64,000 nt of DNA from Micropepsaceae bacterium (GTDB lineage: Bacteria; Pseudomonadota; Alphaproteobacteria; Micropepsales; Micropepsaceae): contig DASYEG010000116.1 of NCBI GenBank assembly GCA_036499145.1, positions 798 through 64,797 on the forward strand, in the 5' to 3' direction. The translations under genes and the position numbers were made by a program. This document shows, one piece after another, positions 28,766 to 37,099 of the stretch. A model generated the notes under the pieces. The model saw only the letters and a list, made by a program, of their open reading frames with translations. It searched no databases and had not been told where the DNA came from. Every line of letters starts with the position of its first letter. Position 1 is the first letter of the stretch.

Positions 28766-30448
28766 ATGGGCGACGGCCCGCCCCCGCCCGAACATTTGGC
28801 GAAGCTGCATTTCCAGGAGGGCCGCTTCGAATTGGCCTTGCGGCATCTCGATCTGGCGATTGCCGCCGCACCCGGGACCGCCCAATTGTGGAACAGCCGG
28901 GGTGCGGTGCTCGCGACGATGACGCGATTCGAAGACGCTCATCAAAGCTTCAGCCGCGCGTTGATGCTCGCGCCGGACTTCGCCAGCGCGAGCATCAATC
29001 GTGCCCATGTGCTGATGGCGTTGCACCGTTACGAAGCGGCAATCGCCGATTACGAGCATGTCCTGCGCATCAATGACCGAATTCCGTTCGCGCGCGGCAA
29101 TCTGATCCGCGCCAAACTGCAATGCTGCGATTGGCGCGGTCTTGCGGAAGAATGGGAACGTGCGCTGGACGAAATGCGCGCCGGCCGGCCCATCATTTCC
29201 CCGATGGTCGCAACCACTCTTTGCGATGCACCGCAGGATCAGCTTCGTGTCTCGCGGATTTTGGCGGAAACCCGATATCCGCCCGCGCGCACACCACTCT
29301 GGAACGGCGAAATCTATCGCCACCCGCGAATCCGGATCGCCTATCTGTCGTCGGACTTCCACGCCCATGCGACCGCGACGCTGATGGCTGGATTGTTCGA
29401 GGCGCATGACAAAACCCGGTTCGAAACCTTCGCCGTGTCTTTCGGACCCGAGGACGCCAGTCCCATGCGCCAGCGCCTGGTGCATGCGTTCGAGCATTTC
29501 CTGACTGTCGGGGACAAAAACGACACGGAAATCGCGAAGCTGCTGCGCGAGCACGAGATCGACATCGCCATCGATCTGAAAGGTTTCACCGATCAATCGC
29601 GCCCCGGCATCCTCACTGCGCGGCCTGCGCCGCTGCAGGTGAACTATCTCGGCTTTCCCGCAACCATGGGCGCACCCTATATGGATTACATCGTCGCGGA
29701 CCGCGTGGTGGTCCCGCCCGCCAATGCCATCCACTACACCGAGAAGATCGTTTATCTGCCGCATTCCTATCAACCCAATGACAGGACGCGCGCGGCCGGG
29801 ACACCGCCCACCCGCGCCAGCGAAAATCTGCCGGAAATCGGTTTCGTCTTCTGCTGCTTCAATGCGAGCTACAAAATCCAGCCTGTGATATTCGACATCT
29901 GGATGCGGCTCATCCGTGACGTGCCATCCAGCGTGCTGTGGCTTCTCGACGACAATCCGCAAGCCCAGCGCAATTTGAAACGCGAAGCGGCTGCGCGCGG
30001 CGTAGACGCGGACCGTCTCGTCTTCGCGCCGCGAAAACCGGTCGCCGAACATCTGGCGCGGCACAGCCTCGCCGATATCTTCCTCGACACGCTGCCCTAC
30101 AACGCGCACACCACCGCCAGCGACGCGCTGTGGATGGGGCTACCGCTGGTCACATGCCCCGGCACGACATTTCCCGCGCGCGTGAGCGCGAGCCTGCTTT
30201 CGGCGATGGGGCTGCCCGAACTGATGACATCCTCTTTGGCGGAATATGAAGAATTGGCGAGGGCGCTGGCGCGCGATCCGCAGCGGCTTGCGGCCATCAG
30301 GGCGAAGCTCGCGCGGTCCTGCGAAACTTCGCCTCTGTTCGATGCCGCGCAATACGCGCGTAATCTTGAATCCGCCTATATGACGATGTGGGAACGCCAG
30401 CAGCGCGGCGATGCGCCCGCAACCTTCACGGTGGACACTGCCGGCTGA
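28766..30448 (+). CDS. TPR + GT41 glycosyltransferase, paralog 5 (560 aa, shortest TPR arm)
   Basis: ATG directly abuts the paralog 4 TAG (28763-28768). Only about 185 aa lie before the conserved [13 protein letters not shown] motif. It has the full C-terminal motif set. Confidence 0.9.
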   Translation: [560 protein letters not shown]

Positions 30449-30457
30449 TCCCCACGA

Positions 30458-33199
30458 TTATTGCGGGGGTGGGCCCTGGGTGATGCGGACCAGATCGTCC
30501 GGGCGCATCCATTTCTTGAACGCGGCCTGGATTTCGGCGGGCCCCAGCGCGATATAGCGCCGTGCGGCCTCTGTCGGCTCGTCGAGCGGCAGGTCCAAAT
30601 CCCAGCGGCCGGCCAACCCGCGCGCGATGCCGCCGATGCTGGATTCGCCCAACGGTATCTGCCGGAGCATCAGCGCCTTCACACGCTTGAGTTCGTCGGT
30701 GCTCACCGGCTCGTCCTGCATCTTCTTCAGTTCCTGCACGATGATCTGATGAGCCTTGGAGACGTTTTGCGGGTCCGACGCGTATTGCACGAAATAATTG
30801 CCGCGCGTGCGCCCGGCGTTCAAATCCGAGCCCACGGAATAGACCAGCCCTGCGTTCTTTCTGAGATCGATCGAAAGCCGCGTCGAATAGAAGCTGCCGC
30901 CCAGCACGGCGCTGCCCAGTTCCAGCGCGTAATAGTCGGGATGCGAGCGCGTGATCGCCATGGTCTGCGCCAGGATGACGCTGTTCTGCACCCGGCTTTC
31001 ATCCGGCACGGCGACGAGTTTTGCCTTATTGGGCGGCGCCACCGGCAGATCGATTGCGGGCTTGGGGCCCTCCGCAGTCCAGGCGCCGAAATATTTCTGA
31101 ACCGCTGCGCGCGCAGCTTCCGGCGTGATGCGCCCGACCACGACGATGGTGGTGAGATCGGGCCGCACGGACTTCTTGTAATAGGCCTTGATGTCGTCGA
31201 GCGTGAGCGCGCCGACAGTTTCCGGCGTCGCATCGCGCAAGGACGGATCGTTCGCCGGGAATAGCGCTTCGCGCAGCGAGCGCTGCATCAGATAACCGGG
31301 ACTCTTTTGCTGTGCTGCGACCACGCGTGCGACCTGCCTCTTGATCACATCCATGGCGGCTTGCGGCAAGGCCGGGTGCAGCTCGTTGTCGGCGAGCAAT
31401 GCGACGCCGCGGTCGAGATCGCGTGTCAGGACCTGCACGGTGAAATCGGTGCCCGCGCTTTCCTGCGCGCCGATCTCGTCCAGCGCCTCCTGGAAGGCAA
31501 TGCGGTCGAGCGATTGGCTGCCATAATCGAACAGCTCGCCGAGCACTTGGGACAGGCCTTCCTTGCCTTGCGGCACCTCAACCTCGGGCCGCGTCTTGAT
31601 GTGGCCGTATACGGTGACCGTGTCGCTGACGTCTTCGGGCTGTACGATCAGAGTGAGCCCGTTGGGAAGCGTGCTGACGGTGGGATGCACACCCGATGCG
31701 GGCACCGACAAACGGTTGAGCGCCGCTTCGGCCCAGTCCGGCAATGACGTTGCCTGCGCTTCCCCGAGCGCGATGCTCTCCTGGCCGCCAAAACCACCAG
31801 ACGCCACCGGACGCCCGCTGCCGCGCGGCACCATGACTGCGGTGATCGCATGGTTGAGGTCGAGATATTTGCGCGCCACGCGGTTCACATCGGCGACAGT
31901 GACTTTCTTGATGCGCTCCAGATCTTCGTCCGGAGAGCGCAAGCCGTAGACCGCTACGGCTTCGGCCCAAATCGAGGCAAGCCCGTCGATGGAATTCTTT
32001 TGGAATTCCGCCTGACGTTCTTCCTGAATCTTCGCTGCATCCACCAATTCCGCCGGCACCCCATCGCGCAGGATTTTCTGCAGCGTCGTACGCAGTTCGT
32101 TTTGCGCGGCCTTCGCGTCGGCATCCGCGGGGTATGAGATGGAGGCGTAGGCCATGCCGACTTTGGGCAGCGGATCGAGCGAGAAGCCCGCCGCCAGCGC
32201 CTTACCGGCGGGAACCAGCGCGAAGAGATCGCCGCGCTCGCTGTTCAGCACATCTGAGAGCACCTCCAGGGCCGGAAAATCGGCGCTGTCGAGACCCGGC
32301 ATGCGCATCGCGAGAACGGCGGCGCCATTGGCATTGTCGGTCGGGATGGAGATCGGGTCGACCGCGACAAGCGCCTTGGGATTGATCGCCGGATGGCTCC
32401 CCAGCGTCTTCTTCGGGATGGACTCGAACAGGGTGCGGATCTTCGCCAGCGTCGCTTGGGGGTCGAGATTCCCGACCACCACTAGGATCGCATTGTTCGG
32501 CGCGTACCATTTTGCGTAGAAGGCCTTCAGATCGGCCGCCGTCGTTTTCTCGAAGGACGGCCGCGTGCCGAGCGCGTCATGTTCATAAGGCGTTCCCGCA
32601 AACATGATCTCGCGCAGTTTCTGGAACATCAGATAATTCGGGCTGGAGACGTCCTGCGCGACTTCCTGCTCGATTGCGCCGCGCTCCTGGTTCCAATCCT
32701 TCTGGTCGGCATCGAGCCCCCGCATGCGCGTCGCTTCGATGCGCAGCGCAACGTCGATGTCTTCCGACGGCACCGTGAAAAGATACTGGGTGAGATTCTC
32801 CCGGGTATTGGCGTTGAAATTGCCGCCCATGATGCTTCCGATATTGGCGAGCTGGTCGGCGGTCAGTCCCGGGCTGCCGCGGAACATCACATGCTCGAGC
32901 GCATGGGCCGTGCCGGGAAAACCGTCGGGGGCGTCATTGGAGCCGACGAGATAATTCACCGACGTGGCGACCACGGGCGCCAGCGTGTTGCGCACCAGGA
33001 TAATTCGAAGCCCGTTGGCGAGGGTCGCGCGCAGGACGCCCGGCTCATCGGCGGTTGCGGCCGCGCGCGCTTGTGCAGCGGGCGCGGGTGGGATCGAGAC
33101 GAAATTGGCAATTCCGATGACGGCAAGCGCGAGGCCACCCAGAGCCGCGCCCGCGAAACCGAATTTGCGCGCATTCCGCACGCCTGAATTGCCCATCAT
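30458..33199 (-). CDS. M16 (pitrilysin/insulinase) family zinc peptidase, double-length, secreted
   Basis: 913 aa with a signal-like N-terminus. Has the inverted zinc motif HALEH in GTAHALEHVMFRG. The second half is a repeated M16 fold without HxxEH. Confidence 0.9.
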   Translation of the reverse strand: MMGNSGVRNARKFGFAGAALGGLALAVIGIANFVSIPPAPAAQARAAATADEPGVLRATLANGLRIILVRNTLAPVVATSVNYLVGSNDAPDGFPGTAHALEHVMFRGSPGLTADQLANIGSIMGGNFNANTRENLTQYLFTVPSEDIDVALRIEATRMRGLDADQKDWNQERGAIEQEVAQDVSSPNYLMFQKLREIMFAGTPYEHDALGTRPSFEKTTAADLKAFYAKWYAPNNAILVVVGNLDPQATLAKIRTLFESIPKKTLGSHPAINPKALVAVDPISIPTDNANGAAVLAMRMPGLDSADFPALEVLSDVLNSERGDLFALVPAGKALAAGFSLDPLPKVGMAYASISYPADADAKAAQNELRTTLQKILRDGVPAELVDAAKIQEERQAEFQKNSIDGLASIWAEAVAVYGLRSPDEDLERIKKVTVADVNRVARKYLDLNHAITAVMVPRGSGRPVASGGFGGQESIALGEAQATSLPDWAEAALNRLSVPASGVHPTVSTLPNGLTLIVQPEDVSDTVTVYGHIKTRPEVEVPQGKEGLSQVLGELFDYGSQSLDRIAFQEALDEIGAQESAGTDFTVQVLTRDLDRGVALLADNELHPALPQAAMDVIKRQVARVVAAQQKSPGYLMQRSLREALFPANDPSLRDATPETVGALTLDDIKAYYKKSVRPDLTTIVVVGRITPEAARAAVQKYFGAWTAEGPKPAIDLPVAPPNKAKLVAVPDESRVQNSVILAQTMAITRSHPDYYALELGSAVLGGSFYSTRLSIDLRKNAGLVYSVGSDLNAGRTRGNYFVQYASDPQNVSKAHQIIVQELKKMQDEPVSTDELKRVKALMLRQIPLGESSIGGIARGLAGRWDLDLPLDEPTEAARRYIALGPAEIQAAFKKWMRPDDLVRITQGPPPQ

Positions 33200-33301
33200 G
33201 AACTCCCGAAAGGGGTGGTTTGGCGTTCGTTACGCCCCGCCAGCGCCAAGCAAATTATCTTAGCGCGGCTTTGAACCCAGCGTTACAATTCTTTATATTA
33301 T

Positions 33302-34084
33302 TCACTTCCCCGTCAGCACCCTGAAGCCCGCGCGCTCCAGAACAGGGCGAGCTTTGCCGCTCTTCAGATAGGCCAGGAATGTCGCGGCGTCGGGCTTGGC
33401 GTCCTTGGTCAGCGCCACCGGATAGACAATCGGCTCATGCGTGTTTTCGGGAAACGTGCCGGCCACGCGCACCTTCGGTTCGACGCGGGCATCCGTTGCA
33501 TAGACGATACCGAGCGGCGCCTCGCCTCGCGCGACATAGGCCAGAGTGGCGCGCACGTCCTCACCTTGAGCGAGATGGTCCTTGACGCTGTCCCAGACGC
33601 CAAGGGTGGTCAGCGCGGCCTTGCCGTAGCGTCCGGCGGGGACCGAGGCTATGTCAGCCAGCGCAAGCCGCCCACCCATCAGCGCATCAGCCAGCTTGAA
33701 GCCGGGCGCGATGCGCAGCGTGGTTTTCGATCCCGCAGGTGCGATTAGAACAAGGCTGTTGGCCAGAAGATTGGTCCGGGTCGTCCGCGCGATAAGGTTC
33801 TTCCGGTCCAGATAATCCATCGACTCGCTGTCGGCGGAGATGAACATGTCGGCGCCCGCGCTCGCTTCGATCTGCTTGGCGAGCGTCATGGAGCCAGCGA
33901 ACGAGAATTCGGCCCACTTGCCGGTTGCGGCTTGATAATCCTTGCCGATCTGCTGCATGACATCCGTGAGCGAGGCCGCCGCCAGCACGGTAATCCGGTC
34001 GCGTGTCTGAGCCTCCGCCGCAAAAGACAGCAGCAGAAGCAGAATCGCGGAAGCGGCCGTCTTCAGCCATCGAACCGGAAACAT
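33302..34084 (-). CDS. modA: molybdate ABC transporter substrate-binding protein
   Basis: 260 aa with a signal peptide. Has ITVLAAASLTDVM...FSFAGSMTLAKQIEASAGADMFISAD and VPAGRYGKAAL, typical of ModA. No modB or modC gene is adjacent. Confidence 0.9.
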   Translation of the reverse strand: MFPVRWLKTAASAILLLLLSFAAEAQTRDRITVLAAASLTDVMQQIGKDYQAATGKWAEFSFAGSMTLAKQIEASAGADMFISADSESMDYLDRKNLIARTTRTNLLANSLVLIAPAGSKTTLRIAPGFKLADALMGGRLALADIASVPAGRYGKAALTTLGVWDSVKDHLAQGEDVRATLAYVARGEAPLGIVYATDARVEPKVRVAGTFPENTHEPIVYPVALTKDAKPDAATFLAYLKSGKARPVLERAGFRVLTGK

Positions 34085-34100
34085 TTGTGTACCGTTCCGT

Positions 34101-34122
34101 GTGATATTTCGTTAAATATCAC
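34101..34122. promoter_or_regulatory. candidate Mo-box / ModE-type operator (perfect 9+9 inverted repeat)
   Basis: GTGATATTT-cgtt-AAATATCAC lies in the 98-nt divergent gap between modA (start 34084, minus strand) and the modE-N-like gene (start 34183, plus strand). It is an AT-rich dyad in a GC-rich context. Confidence 0.5.
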
Positions 34123-34182
34123 GTCGAGGTGGATAGCGGCAAGCTCTGGACGAAAGCCCGCGCGCCTTGCAACATCACATCC

Positions 34183-34566
34183 ATGACTCGGCTTTCCATC
34201 CGCATCGATTTCGAAGGCGCTGAAGCATTCGGCCCCGGCAAAGTGCGTCTTCTGGAATTGATCGACGAGCAGGGCTCCATCCGGGGCGCGGCTGCGGCGA
34301 TGAGCATGAGCTATCGCCACGCCTGGCTGCTGCTGCAGGCCGTCGAGGATACGTTCGGCGCGCCGGTGATCAGTACAGCCACCGGCGGGGCAAAGGGCGG
34401 CGGCGCCAAATTGACGGAACTCGGCAAGACCGTGGTCGCGCGCTACCGTGCGATCGAAGCGCAGGCAGCACAGGCCGCGGCCAGCGAGCTGACGGAACTT
34501 TCCAAAGCCGCCGCTGGCGCCGTCCCCGAAGAACGCAACAAACGCCGCGAGCGTAGCCCCCGGTAA
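34183..34566 (+). CDS. ModE N-terminal-domain-like winged-helix regulator (no Mop/TOBE domains)
   Basis: ORF 34129..34566 with start set to ATG 34183. MTRLSIRIDFEG..FGPGKVRLLELIDEQGSIRGAAAAMSMSYRHAWLLL resembles the ModE HTH half. The protein ends after about 127 aa. Confidence 0.75.
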   Translation: MTRLSIRIDFEGAEAFGPGKVRLLELIDEQGSIRGAAAAMSMSYRHAWLLLQAVEDTFGAPVISTATGGAKGGGAKLTELGKTVVARYRAIEAQAAQAAASELTELSKAAAGAVPEERNKRRERSPR

Positions 34567-34567
34567 G

Positions 34568-34774
34568 TTATTTCCCGACCATCACGTCGGATGCCTTGAT
34601 GATCGCGGTGACCTTGTCTCCGGCGGCGAGACCCAATTCGTCCACCGCCTCGTTGGTGATGGAGGACGTGATATGCGCGCCGTTGCCCAGATCGATCCGG
34701 ACATGGGCGGTGGTCTGGCCCTTATGAACCTCGATGATGGTGCCCTTGAGCTGATTGCGTGCGCTGATCTTCAT
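34568..34774 (-). CDS. mop: molbindin (single Mop/TOBE domain molybdate-binding protein)
   Basis: 68 aa. MKISARNQLKGTIIEVHKGQTTAHVRIDLG...TAIIKASDVMVGK is the classic Mop sequence. An AGGAG RBS is present. It converges on the modE-N-like gene with 1 nt between the stops. Confidence 0.85.
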   Translation of the reverse strand: MKISARNQLKGTIIEVHKGQTTAHVRIDLGNGAHITSSITNEAVDELGLAAGDKVTAIIKASDVMVGK

Positions 34775-34885
34775 CTTTGGCTCCTGACGGATGTTGCGGA
34801 TCGGGAACGCCCGGGCAGAAAACCCGTTTCCCTTCGCCTACGCTCCTCGCCACGATAGCATTCTTCGGCCCACAGGGAATCGTCC

Positions 34886-37099
34886 ATGGCGTTCGGCAAA
34901 TATGGTGGCGCAGCGCGCTTTTTCTGCCGCTTTGCTGCCGCGGGCCTACGCAGCAGTCGCAGATATTCGCTGCGAGAGCGCCTCGCGATGCTGCCGGTTT
35001 CGGGCGCGCCCGTTTCGCATCCGGTTTCGATCCGGTGGGATGAGCACCAGATTCCGTTCATCGAAGCCCAAACAGATGCGGATCTCGCCACCGCGCTCGG
35101 AATCGTGCATGCGCATTTGCGCTTGGGTCAGATGGAACTGATGCGCTTCATCGCCAGGGGGCGCGTGGCCGAAGTCACCGGCCATATCGGCCTTCCCATC
35201 GACCGGCTATTGCGCACTTTCGACATCGGGCGTGCCGTGCCCGACATCCTTGTGGGCCTGCCCCACGAAACGCGAAACTGGCTCGAAGCCTTTGTGCGCG
35301 GCATCAATCATTGTGCCGCGCACGCGCCCGCGCTTCCGCGTGAATTCGCCCTTCTCGGTCTGAAACGAGAGTTGTGGGACCTCCGCGATATCGTGCTGCT
35401 GGGACGCCTGGTCGCCGCCGACGTGAATTGGATCGTATGGTTGAGGCTGTTCAAATTCCGCAACCTTCCAGGATGGCCGGAGGTTTGGCGGCATTTGCTT
35501 CGCCACGACACGCTCTCCTTCGAGAGCGGGAGCGATGCGGGCGATCTTGGACGCAGCTTCGCGGGCGCGGCGATCCGCTCCGGGAGCAATTCCTACGCTG
35601 TCGCGGCCGCGCGGAGCGAAAGCGGCGGAGCGTTGATCGCCAACGATCCGCATCTTTCGTTCATGCTGCCCAATGCATTCCTGCTCGCCGGATTCCAGTC
35701 ACCGTCCTACCATGCGGTGGGCATGATGGTGCCGGGTATTCCCTTCATCGGCATCGGCCGCAATCCGGCAATCGCCTGGGGCGGAGCGAGCCTGCATGCG
35801 GCCAGCAGCGATCTTGTCGCGGTGCCAAAGGGCGCGTCCTTGCGGAGCCGCGAGGAGCGCATCGCGGTTCGCGGCGAAAAAGATACGATCCTCCACATTC
35901 GCGAATCGGCGTGGGGACCGGTGATCAGCGATTTGCCCGCGCTGCGTAGCCAGGAAACGCTGGCGCTGCGCTGGATGGGCCATCGGTCCAGCGACGAGTT
36001 TACCGCCATGCTGCGGGTGAACCGCGCACGCAATTGGGAGGAGTTCCATACCGCATTCGACGGTTACGCCCTACCCGGCCTCGAGATGAACTGTACGGAG
36101 GTATCGGGCGATATCGGCCAGTTGATGGCGGCGAAACTGCCACGACGGAGAAACGCCGAATCCGACGACATGGTGAGCCAGCCGGACAATGGCTGGGACA
36201 CGCCCATGACAAGCTGCGATTTGCCCTGTCGCTATCAACCTGTGGAAGGGTTTCTCGCATCGGCCAATGCGCGCCCCGACAATTGCGGCGCCATTGTCGG
36301 CTTTCATTTCTCGCCGCCAAATCGCGTACGGCGATTACGGGAGCTGCTTGGCGGACACAGGATATTGTCCTTATCCGCGCTGATGACGATTCAGTGTGAT
36401 TGCCATCTGTCCGAAAGCCTCACCCAGCGCGATCAAATTCTGTCCTGGCTTCAGGGCGCAGGACACGGCGCACGGGAGAAGCAGTTCCGCCGGGCGCTGC
36501 GGAATTGGAACGGCGATTACGACGCATGCTCGCATGGCGCTGCCGCTTTTGAGCTTCTGTTCGTCCATCTCGCACGTGCCATGGTGTCCGTCACCCGCCG
36601 AGCGGCCTATGATGCCGCCTGGGGAACGCGCGCGCTCATCTGGGCCGACATCATGGCAGCGCCGGCCGAGACGCGCGCCGATGCGCTTGGGCGTGCCGTC
36701 GTCCACGCCGCGCGCGATTTTTCTAAAGCCTCCGAATGGGGCGCGCGCCATCGCCTGCGGCTCGCTCACCCGTTCGGAATGATTCCGCTCCTCGGACGCC
36801 GCTATCGGCTGGCCGATATTCCCGCATCGGGCACATCGGAGACGCTGATGACGACCGCGCACGGCTTGACCAACAAGCGCCATCACGCGCGTTACGGTTC
36901 GGTTGCGCGGCACATCTCGGACCTGTCCGACCCGGACGCCAATCATTTCGCGCTGTTGGGCGGCCAGGACGGTTGGTTCGGAAGCATCAATTTCTCCGAT
37001 CAAATGACGCTGTGGCGCCGCGGTAAATATGTGCGCTTGCCGCTGACCCCGGCAGCCGTGCGCGAACGCTTCACCCATCTCACGGTGCTCGCGTCATGA
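34886..37099 (+). CDS. penicillin acylase family (Ntn hydrolase) protein
   Basis: Has VSIRWDEHQIPFIEAQTDADLATALGIVHAHLRLGQMELMR (alpha-subunit signature) and the G|SNSYAVAA...IANDPHL autoprocessing/nucleophile signature. The start is uncertain (34886 or ATG 34988). Neither gives a convincing signal peptide. Confidence 0.8.
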   Translation: MAFGKYGGAARFFCRFAAAGLRSSRRYSLRERLAMLPVSGAPVSHPVSIRWDEHQIPFIEAQTDADLATALGIVHAHLRLGQMELMRFIARGRVAEVTGHIGLPIDRLLRTFDIGRAVPDILVGLPHETRNWLEAFVRGINHCAAHAPALPREFALLGLKRELWDLRDIVLLGRLVAADVNWIVWLRLFKFRNLPGWPEVWRHLLRHDTLSFESGSDAGDLGRSFAGAAIRSGSNSYAVAAARSESGGALIANDPHLSFMLPNAFLLAGFQSPSYHAVGMMVPGIPFIGIGRNPAIAWGGASLHAASSDLVAVPKGASLRSREERIAVRGEKDTILHIRESAWGPVISDLPALRSQETLALRWMGHRSSDEFTAMLRVNRARNWEEFHTAFDGYALPGLEMNCTEVSGDIGQLMAAKLPRRRNAESDDMVSQPDNGWDTPMTSCDLPCRYQPVEGFLASANARPDNCGAIVGFHFSPPNRVRRLRELLGGHRILSLSALMTIQCDCHLSESLTQRDQILSWLQGAGHGAREKQFRRALRNWNGDYDACSHGAAAFELLFVHLARAMVSVTRRAAYDAAWGTRALIWADIMAAPAETRADALGRAVVHAARDFSKASEWGARHRLRLAHPFGMIPLLGRRYRLADIPASGTSETLMTTAHGLTNKRHHARYGSVARHISDLSDPDANHFALLGGQDGWFGSINFSDQMTLWRRGKYVRLPLTPAAVRERFTHLTVLAS

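Noticed and set aside
28223-30109. 628-aa minus-strand ORF spanning the junction of GT41 paralogs 4 and 5
   Set aside because: It is antisense to two well-supported genes. Its composition is Arg/Gly/His/Pro-rich, typical of the opposite frame in high-GC DNA, and it has no recognisable motifs. The same applies to 20439-21410, 22943-23602, 25132-25704, 27704-28186 and 61500-62381.
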